Origin: Podarcis liolepis
Lineage: Eukaryota
Assembly: GCA_965112155.1 (NCBI GenBank)
Contig: OZ218109.1
Length of the DNA stretch: 64,000 bases
Direction: 5' to 3' (one strand)
Below the pieces are notes generated by a model, which was not told the DNA's origin, did no database searches, and worked only from the letters and a program-made list of their open reading frames with translations. Positions within the stretch are counted from its first letter, which is position 1. Every line of letters begins with the position of its first letter. Of the stretch, positions 13,441 to 25,629 are shown one piece after another. The position numbers and the translations under genes are program-made.

Positions 13441-13615
13441 GGCCTTAGCTCAGTGGTAGAGCATCTGTCTTGCAAGCAGAAGGCCTCAGCATCTTGAGGT
13501 AGGGTTGGGAGAGACTCCTGCCTGAACATCTGGAGAGCTGCTGCCAGTCAGTGTAGACATTCCTGAGCTAGATGGACCCAATGGTCTGACTCAATATAAG
13601 GCAGCTTCCTGTGGT
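13441..13615 (+). mobile_element. tRNA-derived SINE
   Basis: tRNA-like head TAGCTCAGTGGTAGAGCAT with degenerate T-arm and LINE-like tail GAGCTAGATGGACC...AAGGCAGCTTCCT; other copies at ~2640 and ~50640. Confidence 0.7.
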
Positions 13616-16600
13616 TCTGGGTAGGGAGATAAACATGCTGCCTGCATCTGATGCCATACACACATGCTTGTTCCTCTTTGTGTGACTCTACTTCTTACCT
13701 GCATGGCCCCACTAATGGGGCTTTCCCAAGTAGGTGTGCAGAGGGTTCTGCTTTCTTGGTCTTGCTAGAATTCCCCAGGATTCTTTGGGAGGGTGCTTTA
13801 AATATAGGGTCTGTATGCAACCTAGTTCTTTATAAATTTTCTTCCATCTAAATTTTATTTATTTATTTATTTATTTATTTGCTTTTCAGTAATGTTCTGA
13901 ACATTCTCACATAAATAATGACATAATGATTTTGAAATGTGCCTTGCAAAGTGCCATCATCATATTTGTGGTGAATGTAATGACTTGAGTTCTTTCAGAT
14001 TAGTTGTTTTCAAAAAAACATAGTTCATTGTTCCACTGACCTTTCACCTTTTCTCCTTATCCTCTCCTCCTTTGCCACTACCCTACTGGAAGCATTATCT
14101 GTTGTGGCCTACAAGCTTTCCTGTTGGATGCAGCTGAAATCGCAAACCTCTCTGACCACCCTCAATTTAATCAGAAGAATATACAGTTTCCTATTTTAGC
14201 TTTATATCAAATATCCTCCAGTGACTCACTCAGAAGTGCTGACGTTTATAACAGCAAATGTGTACTAGGAAGGAAGGCCCATTCAAGTGCAGAGATAATG
14301 GAAGCTGTCCCTCCCCACTTTGCTTTTTCCTGTAGCCTGTAGATTGTGTCAACATAGAGCAGTGGCACACTTCAAACTAGAAATGTTGACATGATTTGAG
14401 GAAATAGAGCCAGCAATGGTACTCCTTTATTTATTTATTTTTGGGAAATTTTCACCCTCCTTTTCTCTGTGGGATCATCGAAGTGGCTTACAAACAACTG
14501 TAAAACAAAATAGAACATACATAAAAGGACAAATTAATATGAAAAACAAAAAAAGGAAACAATGTGTAAAGAAAACTGTATCACGAGCAGCAGATCAAAT
14601 CATGAACAAGTCAACAGCAAAATAGCTGTTGGAAATGTTGACTCTTAACTGCCTCGTGAAAAACAACCAACAATGGAGCAAGGCGGATTTCCCCTGGGAA
14701 GGAACTTCCATAAGATTAGTGTCTCTCCAGAAAAGGCCCTGTGTTTCATACATAACCCACCAAACAAAACAGTGGTGGTGCAGATAGACAGCAGGGCCTA
14801 GACATTAATCTCAGATCTCAAATGTTTTTGTATGGCATCCCACTCCCAGGCCATTCATGACTTTAAAGGTTGAAAAATGGGCCTTTGAATTCAGCCCAGG
14901 GATAAAAGGGTAGGTTGTGAAGACGACATAATAGGAGAATAGTGTAAATCACACCATATGATCCGATCTGCAGGCTTAAGTTAGAACTCTGGTGGACACA
15001 ATCTGAAGCAAAATAAATTTATGGACTGTCTCCAAAGGCAGACATAGGAAGAGCACTTTCCAGCTAATTTCCAGCTAATGTATTTTCTTATGCTTCTGTG
15101 TATATTTTCTCCAAGCTGTCTCCATCCATTTTAAAACGTGACACTCAAAAATGGACAAATATTAGTGGTCTGACTTACTCTTTGTATATTTAAACATGGT
15201 TGTTTCCCAGCCATGCATAAAGTAGGATCAGGAGGTCTGATTTTTGAAGCAAAAAGACTGTGCAGTTGGGGTATTAAATCCTTCCCTGCCCGTGATCCTT
15301 CCCTTCCAGTCTTTCCCCCCCATAAGATTTTCTCTCCAGTACCAGAAGTGAGCTTGGCTTATTTATTTTTAGCATTTAGATATGATGGGCTATTAGCAAT
15401 GTCCTCTGAGCAGTTCATAAATTTAGAAACAATAAAATATAGCTACAGTCCCAAACTAAAACAACACATATGAAAACAAACCAGCACAGAAATAAGTAGA
15501 AAACCCTTCTGGGTGGGAGGTCTGGTTTCCTTCTGATCATCTGCCGCCTCCTCCTTTTCCTCCTGTCTAAATCACAGGGCCTGCTCTTGCTCATCCGCTG
15601 TAGGGAAGTCAGATGATTATTCCTCACTGCCTGCCAGCCAACTTCTAGCTTTTATTAATTTGAGTGCTCTACCCAGCCCTTGTTCAGGTCCTGGCACTGC
15701 ATGCCAGGCATAGTTGGTTTCCCTGGTCTAGCAGAGGACATCCATGTGCCCAAATGCATCTGCTACATGTGGATTTAGATGCCTCCACATCTGAGCACCA
15801 CTGAACTGGCTACACACAACTTTTGATCCAGGCATCCCTGGTTGGGACAGTAAATTGTATGTAGCTAGCTATCAGTGTCTTCCTAAGTAATATCTGCCTT
15901 GTACTATATGTGGAGCAACGATGCTTTGATTCATTCTTCTTAAGAAAAAAGTTTCCCAGACCATAATCCCATCTCACAGACATTGCTGTTGCATTTTTTA
16001 AATATTCAAACAAATACTAGCTCAGTTTCAGAGGTTGGGTCCCACCTAGGGAAGCATAACTTTTCTTCCAGTTGTGTTATGTAACATGACTTTAGCAGTA
16101 CATTTTCCCCCTTGAGGTTTAGTAAATAAATTTGAGCACAGGACCAAGCTTGCATGTGAGGATAGGTATAGGGAAGAAATTCAGTTCAGTTTGCATATAA
16201 AGTAGATCTTTCCAAAACACTATACAAACAAAAACATAGCCATTGTTGGAAATTCTCACTTCTCCGAATTTAGAATTCAGTTCCCCAGCGAATTAATGTG
16301 TACAAAAGTGTATCTACTATGGTAAAAATATCCATAAAAATGCATATATGTTTGTGAAAATAGCTTACAAAAAGGCACTGTGTTCGAGAACATTGCATAC
16401 AAACAAAGCACTTTGCACAAAAATGCAGGGTTTTTTCTAAGATCACAAACTGATGAGGAATTGTGGAGAACTGAATTTAAGACTGGAAAAATTGGAAACC
16501 AAAATTGACAGATTTACCTGTCCCTCTGCGACAGTCCCTTTTTATTTCTGGTTCCACAGTAATAAGAAATGGGTTATCACAACTGTTTGCTATGAGCAAT

Positions 16601-16874
16601 TTCTGTTTCACTTAACCAGAGATGTTGCTAGGTACTTTAACAGCTCAGGGCACAGCCTATTTGCATAAAACTTACATCTCTTGCTTTATATGCATAGATA
16701 CAAATTTAGGCCTCTGAGCAAATTAAGATGGTCCAGAATGTCTGGGGCCCAGTTCAAAAGACCCATGCCTCAGGCTTCCTGGGCCACCCCCAATCATCAC
16801 TCCTGCACATTATTCAACCCACATGTGAAAGGTTTACAGTAGAGACCAAAACAAGATCCATGATAAAAAAGGAG

Positions 16875-16960
16875 TGAGAAAGCAACTAGCATGGTCTGGT
16901 GATGGTACGCATTGATCCTGAGAAAGCAACTAGCATGGTGATGGTACGCATTGATCCTGA
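16875..16960. repeat. Local tandem duplication (44 + 39 bp)
   Basis: TGAGAAAGCAACTAGCATGGT(CTGGT)GATGGTACGCATTGATCC twice. Confidence 0.9.
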
Positions 16961-19900
16961 GTCTTCCATATCCTTGGCTAGCCATTTAGTCATTTTTCTC
17001 TACAGATTAGAGTGACAAAATATTGCCATTCAATAATCTTGTGCATTAAAAATAAATATTAACCTGTAAACAGTCACAGTTTGACTCTGGGGGCCTTTCT
17101 GTTCCACCTATTAAGGTCCTCAGATGAGTTGAGGTCCGTGTATTACTTGCATGTCCTTGTGTATATATTGCGGATATTGCCACTTTAATCAGTGGGGGAG
17201 ATGGGAAGCAGAGCTAAAAGCCCAGCTCCATCAGGCAACTCCAACCCCAGAACTATGCAAGCTGGTCATTGTATGTAAGTCACTCTGGGAGCCTTTGGGG
17301 CGCTAAAGAGTGTGAGGTACAATGATTCTAATGAATGAATGAATGAATGAATGAATGGTGTCTCCAGGCAACTTATTTTACTGGGCATCTTGATTTGTTT
17401 GCAAGGAGATTACATGACATTGATTATTGATGATGATGCATCAAGCAATCGTTATCCTACACTTCCCAGTGAATTTTCCTGTCATTTTCCATATTGCAAA
17501 AAGTCCCCAAAAAATTATTTGGGGGGGGTGGGAGAAGACCACTTATCAACCTTAATAGTGCAGCCTCAATTTTCCAGTATCTGATTGAATCTCACTCGAA
17601 AATAGCAACAGTGTGGAAACACCCAAAGGCTACCCTGTGGTAGAGGGCGATTGTGACTCATGAGCTGCTAAGTTCTTCAAGAGACTGCCTTTAGGTTGAA
17701 GCAGGATCTAAGCTTTCATTAAACCAGAGAGTGAGAGATTCCAGCCTTCGTGGCTCTAGAGCAAAGCTGGTAAAATCTGGACACTGTGTGTTATCAGCTT
17801 ACTTTGCTAAGAGAATCTGATGAGCTCCATAGGAGTTCAATCCCATTTAACATAATTCCGATCCCGCCTTATTAGTCCTGGTGTGTCTGAAGTGAGCAGG
17901 AGCTGCATGGATTGTGTTTTTATGTTGGACAGGCAGTACCATTATGCTACTTTCCCCCCTGCCCCCATCTTTTCCCACCTCCGATAAACAAAGAAAAATA
18001 AGGGTTTGTTCTGCTTCATTGGAGCAAAAGCACAGTACAATAGAGGACCATTCAGCAGCATCAATAGTGCTTGTCCTGTGACTTCTACTTAAAAAAAGAT
18101 GTCCATGGGGAGAGCTGGATTGCACGGTAGTGCAGTGTGGAATTTGTACTGTAGTGATAGACGTGGATGAATGACTGGAACGCCAGTAGCCCATAATGTA
18201 TAAAAATCATGGAGTGTTCTTATTTGAAAACCTGTTATTCAGTTTATTTTAGCCTGCAGATGTGCGAAAGTTAGCGTACTTAAGCCCTGCATAGGATACC
18301 TCTCATCTGCCTTTGTCATCCTGTTCTGAACTTCCCTCCTTAAATTTATATTTTTCTCCCATTGCTGCAGCTATGTCATGGCTTCCCCTTATGGTCTTGA
18401 GAAAGCTCCTGGCCATGACCCATGTAAAGTTTGATTGCCATACTGGCTAACTCTGAGAAAGTTTCCAAAACGCCATTCCGCTTCCTTGACATTTTAAACA
18501 TTTAATGAGTTTTCGTTGTTAATTTTAACTTCAAACAATTACAGCGAGCACTTCCTAATCTCGTTTGGGATTATAATATTGCAGTACATGAAAGAGCTCT
18601 TTCTTGATTAAGGAAAGAATTTTCTAAGGGAATAGATTGTCACTTGGCCTGGTGTTTGACCATGTTTCCATGGAGCCAGGCTGCATGCAACTCCTGTTGT
18701 CAGATGAATGAACCGTGGCAGCTGGGAGGAAAACGTATGGACTGTCGAGCAGGACTGGATGCCTATTCCAGCTGAGCCACATTCATCTCGAGCTAGTCAG
18801 CAAGTATTAGGCAACAGATAACAGATATGGGGTGGATATTGATTTCTGCAGGACCTAGGAGAGTTCCCAGAAAGGAAAAGCATCATTTCAGATGTTGACC
18901 TAAGTCATGGGGTCAGCAGTGTGGCACCTGTGGGTGCCAGTGTGCTGTTGGTACTTCCTATGGCCCCAGCGAAGGTTGGCAGTAAATATCCTCTCAAAAA
19001 TCTATAATTCACAAGGGACTCTTTGCTTTTCCTGCTGAGTAGTGGTTCAGCCTCTCCTACATTGATCCCCCTTCTCCACTTAAATGCCCACATTTCATTG
19101 GAGCCCACCCTCACATCTGTTCTGAACAGAGAAGAGATGCAAGAGGAGGTGAAGCCAAACCTGCCCCACAGGACTCAAGAATGCTGGTGCCAAAAGGTCC
19201 CTATCCAAGCCAAACAGTAATGGCATAACATGCATCTACAGGCCTAGAGTCGTCATGGAGCTCAGGATTAAGAAACCCCTGAAACCCATTGGCTAGGTTT
19301 TAGGCTAGGAGGCCAGCGTATATCAGGTCCTCCCTCTTGAGCCCTCCAGTTGTTCAGAACAACACTGGTCTCTGGCTCCTTGTGCCTGATTCTTGTCCCC
19401 ACCCACCTTTCTTGCAATGTTGTACCTTGCCTGAAGACCTTGTGATACTGATCTTAGACGGTTGCCTGGCTTGGACTCTGCATCATGTTTTGGACCTAGA
19501 CTGAGTCTCTATGCTTGACCTTGGTTTGTTGGGACTCTGCTGCACCCTTGCCCTCATTGGTGAGTGTTTTGCTAAGAGGCTTGTATCACCTGGGGCAGGG
19601 ACCCTAGACACCCACAAGAGCATGACACACACCCATGGAGTCATCAGTATGATGTGTACCTCTGGTTGAGTGGCCTGCTCTAGGGAACGGGAGCAGAAGA
19701 CCACTTAACAAAGCTCTGCGTTGCTCATCTGACGGGGCTGTTAGATGTTGCCTGTGCCAACTGAGAACAAGTGACTTCTGCAGCTCCTAAAGGGGGGTTA
19801 TTATTACATTTTTAATGAAGATACTAATTTCCATAATGTGATGGCATATAAAAGGTCATCGTCAATCTGTCACAAGAATAATGAGCTAATTGCTTGAAAT

Positions 19901-20373
19901 GACAACCTTGTCCCACTTTAAAAGTATGTTTGTGTGCTGAAAACCTACGTTTTAAAATTATTGTGCTTTAATCACTGAATCGCTCATAAGTTATTTTTAA
20001 AAGCGAGTGAAGGCTTTGCTAGCACTTGGCATGCTTGAGTGTCTTTGTGTGTCAGCAAAAGTTGTGGAATGTCGGCGGCTAAGTTGGGAGCTGTTCCGCT
20101 TTACTTTATGGGTTTCCTTCCTTTAGCTGTGATGCAAAGCACAATTAGTTGAAAGCAGGTCTCACAGAAACGAAAGGATCATAGCAGGGTAGGGTTTTAG
20201 GGATGTGTAGCCAATGAACTCTTAGATCAGAAATGGTTAGTGTGGTACCCTCCAGATGTTGTTGGACTTTAGCTTCCATTATCCCTGACCAGTGCCTAGG
20301 TTGCCTGTGTCTGATAGGAGCTGGAATCTAACAATGACTGGATGGCAACACATTGGCTATCCTTGCTCTAAAT

Positions 20374-20510
20374 CAGTGATGGCCAAATTTGGCCCTCCAG
20401 CTGTTTTGGGACTACAGCTCCCATCATCCCTAGCTAACAGGACCAGTGGTCAGGGATAATGGGAATTGTAGTCCCAAAACAGCAGGAGGGCCAAGCTTTG
20501 GCCATCACGG
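20374..20510. mobile_element. hAT-type palindromic MITE
   Basis: Fold-back CAGTGATGGCCAAA...TTTGGCCATCACGG with GGACTACA/TGTAGTCC arms; 8-bp TSD CTCTAAAT/CTCTAGAT. Confidence 0.8.
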
Positions 20511-23500
20511 CTCTAGATGGACAGAGAGGAGATGGAAGACATTTAAGAAATCTTCCTTAAATATTTTTATTTATTAAATTACAAGATGCAACAAAACACT
20601 GTCAGGAAGGATATATCACTTTACAAAGAGATCCAACATAGTGTATAAAGGGGGAACCTTAGGCATGGGAGACCAAATACCTAAGAAGATAAGAAGAGCC
20701 TGCTGGATGAGACCAAAGGCTCACCTAGTCCAGCATCCTGTTCTCACAGTGGCCAAACCCAATGCCCGAAACCGGCAAGCAGGATTCAAACACAAGAGCA
20801 CTCTCCCATCCTGTGGTTTCCAACAACAGGTAATACAGCCAGCCAAACCTTTCTGTCTGCCTCTTGGGACTCTCCCGAGGCCATGCCTCTCACTGGACTT
20901 GCTTTCCACTATCCTTTACTTTAGAGGACAACTGTCAAATCATTGCCGAAACAGCACGGAGACAGGGGACACTAAACGAGAGGGAGCCACTCCTTGCATG
21001 TGGACAATCCGTTAGGTAATGCTGATGACCAGCTGCTGTGGTCTGGGTGGGACTCTGAAGTGCTCTGACTTAAAAGCCAGATACAGAGTGCTGGATCAGT
21101 GTCTACCTTATAGACTTGTGTATCCCCTGACCACCTAGCTGTTTACTGACACACACAACCTGCCACATGTTTGGACCTCGACCTGCCTCCAGACCATGCT
21201 CTCTGTATTGACCCCTGATAGTTCCTGGCTGCTGTCTCTTTGCACCCACCCAAAGCAAGAAAGGGTACCTGCCTGTACTTTGAGATCCCGGTCAGAGGCT
21301 CCTCTCTGGGGGTTCCCTCGCTTTCTTGGCACCCACTTGTCTTTTTCCAAGCATCAGGTGACAATCTCTTCATTTTCTCATCTTTTCTCCTACCGTAGAC
21401 CCAATTCCACCTTAGATCTCCAACCCTCCTTTTTGTGTGTGTGTCCTTTTCTTTTGCAAGGCTTGTCCCCTATCATGATGACTAACTTCTCTCTGCAACG
21501 AGTGCCCTTTCGTCGCACAGGCAAAGTCCCATTTCCAGCTACTATCTTTGAAAACAAGCCTGTCTGTTTTCTCAACACTGCTAGCTGGAGCCAGAGACAA
21601 ATATTGATAGATAGCGGCAGTGTTTAATTTATTTCATTGTTGGAGATTGATTTCCTCCCTTCGCCTCCACCAGTATTGGCTGCCTTCCCAGAAATGTCTC
21701 TTAATTTGTTGCCTTTAAGGTGTCGCCGCCAGACTGGGTGGTAGTGGTGGAATATAAAATATACATTTTTTTTAGATGCATACTGGACATTTGACATAGA
21801 ATGACGTTCTAACTGCAGCCCACGGTAGAGGAAGGAACAGTGTTGGCTGAGATTGAAGGACAAAATACGGGGATACGCACTCATAGCTAAGATTGAAGGA
21901 GGGGTATTGATTATTGGGACCCTCTTGGTTTCTCTGCTGCAGGGCAGATGACCATCTTCTGCTTTGACAGCAGAGTTGCCTGGCAGCCTGAGAATGAAAT
22001 GGAGAGCCATAAAAGCAAGCAGAGCGGAGTGCACCGTCAGCTAGTCTGTAGTATATTAATGCAGACAGTGTGGGGTTGAGCATCTTCGGGGGAATTCAGT
22101 AATGGCTGTTGCCATCACTTCACAATCCTCAAGAAGGAGGTTGCTGACTTTATCATTTTTTGGTCTTTCGGTTGATGGGCACTGATAGCTCACTCCCAGG
22201 CTGCTATCTCACACTCCCAAGCGGAAGGGCTACTTGGAGGTGTGTGCAAGGAGACATTCCAGAGCACTGAAGCTCACAGTGGCTTGCCGGGCAAAGCACA
22301 CCCATCTTAATTGCAGCATGACAGCAATTCAATAGAGGCACACCCTCTTGAGCCAGAGCTGTCAGACTGGACCAGTGGCGTGTATTTATAGCATTATCTT
22401 AATAGATATATACTCGTGAGTAAACCGTGTTGCTTTGCTTGGGACTATCTGCTTTTGAACTGCCAGACTTGATCCACTCCCAGGCTGATCTAGAGACTGT
22501 TTTATGCCCTTTAGATTCAGCAAAGGATCAGCTACTTTTCGGTCAGAGGAAGGGAAAGTGCTTCCCTCAAAAAGCAGGATAAATCCGGGGGAAATGGCCA
22601 GGTTAAGCATTACCTCTGATGAAGCAGGATCTTACTTACAGAAGTACTTTCTGCAATAAGTTTTAGTTTTGAAGGTGCCTGTGCTGTTTTTCTGTTTAAA
22701 ACAAAAACCCAAAGCGACTTTAACCCTTTCCCTTCACATGCAGTCCTGTCTATCAACCAATGACCATAACAATTTTAAATGGTTTCGACTGCTTCTTATA
22801 TGTGCAGACTGGTTTATGATCATTATTTACAACTAAAATGGTTTGAAGTATGTAAATATTTCACATTTATTTTATAGGTAATGAAAGCTAACGCTGAAGT
22901 ACTGTATAGTGATTTGCCCTAAGTCTGCAACTGATATTTGTATGCAAACAGGGTGCCATTTACATCTCATAAAAACCTTTGACTGCATACATTCCATACA
23001 TTTAAGGAATATCCCCCCTTCTCAAATTCTGAGAACTGTTGTTTGTTAAGGGTGCTGGGAATTGCAGCTCTATGGTGGGCAAACTACAATTCCCAGGTTT
23101 CAAGGTGGGGTGCTTTAAATGTTTGGTGGGTACACAGCCTTTGTCTCTGTTACGCTTATGTTCCACTTCCTGATTTGTTTTGTGCACAAATTTGTATTCC
23201 TTATTTCAGGAGAAGTCTTGAGCATTCTTTCTTCCCTAAAAGTGACTGTGTACACACCATACATTTAAAGCTCATTACTTTCTTCAAAGAATCCCAGGAA
23301 CTGTAGTTTGTTAAGGGAATTTGCTGGGAATTGTAGCTCTGTGAAGGGGATTGTTTGGGGGAAGTTGCACTCTTCAAATGTGTGCTGGATGTGCTTAATG
23401 TGGCTCTCTCAATAGTGTGCCCTTGTACTCTTTCTAGATATCCATCCGTTAGTTAGTTCATCAGAGGAAGTTTGGAGGTTGAAACAGATTCAGCGGAGGA

Positions 23501-25151
23501 TGTTCCATTATAGCAAATGGGGCACTGCCCCACCAGCCTCCGTCTGCCTTCAGCCAGCCCCCATCTGCCTGCCTTCCTATAACCAGTCTAAGGGGTGGTT
23601 CTGGCTTTCAGCTTCCCCCTCCTTAGACTCAGTGTTGCCCTTGTAGAACTGAGTTGGGAGGAGGATGGGGAGACAACTAGAGTGGATTGGCTCTGCCTCT
23701 CATTGACTCTGGCGCCACCTACTGTTGGCCTCCCTACCTTCCACCCTACCAGTTCCAATGGGCACCAGCTGCTGCTGCTTTGTCTGCTAAACCCTTAGAT
23801 TACCAACTTGTAGACCAGCATCTGACCTGATAGCAACAACAGCTCTGTCCTGAGCAAATGAGTTGACTGACCAGCTCATAAAGAGATATGCGTCAAGGGA
23901 AAGTTTGTTAATTCAGCTGTTCTGCTTGGCTGGTGTTTTAACCTCTATATGTGGAAGAAAATGAGGAGGAGGAGGAGGATTTTACGCCATAGCAGACCTT
24001 GACCATTTCCCTCCCATTTCCATGGAAAGAGTTGCAGAAAACAAGGAAGTGAGTAATCCACCTACTGCTTCACAGGCTTACCTAACAGCCCCAAATCCCA
24101 TTATGGATAATAACTACGGGTATGCTTCAAGCGCACAACACTCTTCTTTTGCATTAATCCAGGGAGATCTGTTGTTCATAACATAGGTTTATGGTGGGCA
24201 TATTTTGGAGACTGATGCCCATCAATTTGATGTTTAATTGCAACAAGGGAACACTTTTTCATACATTCAACTCTTTCTGTCAAGCATGCTGTGGTTGTTT
24301 ATTGATTGCTTCCTATGTTTCTAGGCTTGATACTCTCATCTCACCAAAATGTCAAGGTCTCAGCAACTGAACTGCTTGCAAAGGACGAGAGTACAAATTA
24401 TAACATGGTTCACTGCTTGCTGAATTTACTTTAATAGCAGCTTTTCCATATGACTCAAGAGTCTTGTCATACCTCTTATTAGAGCTGTGCTTTGTTTTCA
24501 TTTCATGAAGTTCCCATTTTTATTAATTGGTCAAAGGGTATCTATATCATTTAGCCATTATCAAACAAAGCAGATCTGGATCTGACTGGGACCAGGATAG
24601 GAGAATACTAGGAGCCCCATTCTAGAAAAAGTCAGTCTTTTCAGACCTGGGTCCCACCTTAAGCCTAAACTTTTCACCATCTACTTGCCTGGTGCTAATA
24701 TTCTTTTTGCAACCAATTTAGGTCATTCTGCAACTCATCAATGATTTAATCTTCTCAAGACAAAAGGGTTGAAACAAGGTGATAAGTAGCATGAAGCCTA
24801 TATGGCAGGAGCTCCCAATTTGTTGTCTTGAGTCCACAGGCTTCTTTGAGGCCGTCTCTGACATGTCTGTGGATTTGAGGTTGAAGACTGGAAGCAGCAC
24901 ATCCATCACATTAAATATTCATATTGATTTTAAATTGTGTTTCTATTGCTTCTTTTATTTCTTATATTGCATTTTATTGTATTCCATGGAATCCAAATTT
25001 TAATGCAGCAGGGTACTATATATACGAATAAATGATGCAGTAAAAATGCAATTAAAAATCATACAGCATCTAGCGCATTGTAATTGCTACAAGAGGCAGA
25101 AAAATCACTAAGTGGTCCTTCCAAGATCCTCATTGGTTTTCAAGTGGTCCA

Positions 25152-25216
25152 TTATCCTGCTTGGCAGGGGGTTGGACTCGATGGCCCTTGTGGTCTCTTC
25201 CAACTCTATGATTCTA
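25152..25216 (+). mobile_element. CR1 LINE 3' end
   Basis: GGGGTTGGACTCGATGGCC...TTCCAACTCTATGATTCTAT, the canonical CR1 hairpin and octamer tail. Confidence 0.8.
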
Positions 25217-25291
25217 TCAAGGCCCTGCCTCCCAGCCAAAGGAATGGACATGGCAGATAGTTAACTCTTTATTGTCAAAGCTGACACAGTA

Positions 25292-25527
25292 CATTGGTAC
25301 CTCGGGTTAAGTACCATACTTAATTAGTTCCGGAGGTCTGTTCTTAACCTGAAACTGTTCTTAACCTGAAGCACCACTTTAGCTAATGGGGCCTCCTGCT
25401 GCCGCTGCACGATTTCTGTTCTCATCCTGAAGCAAAGTTCTTAACCCGAGGTACTATTTCTGGGTTAGCAGAGTCTGTAACCTGAAGTGTATGTAACCTG
25501 AAGCGTATGTAACCTGAGGTACCACTG
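25292..25527 (+). mobile_element. Tc1/mariner-type MITE, family B (TIR CAGTGGTACCTCRGGTTA)
   Basis: TA-flanked TIRs; near-identical copies at 36040, 62540, 63419. Confidence 0.85.
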
Positions 25528-25564
25528 TAGTTTCCACGGCTTGCAAGCTGCATGTACAGTCACA

Positions 25565-25579
25565 TTATTATTATTATTA

Positions 25580-25628
<49 letters not shown>
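25565..25628. repeat. (TTA)n microsatellite
   Basis: Seen directly. Confidence 0.9.

Positions 25629-25629
<1 letters not shown>

Noticed and set aside
13441-13500. tRNA gene
   Set aside because: Only the A-box/D-arm is intact, the T-arm is degenerate, and it continues into a SINE body
23438-24420. Acceptor-like sites and a ~70-codon open stretch (GFYAIADLDHFPPISMERVAENK...)
   Set aside because: No recognisable protein similarity and no consistent exon phases or donors
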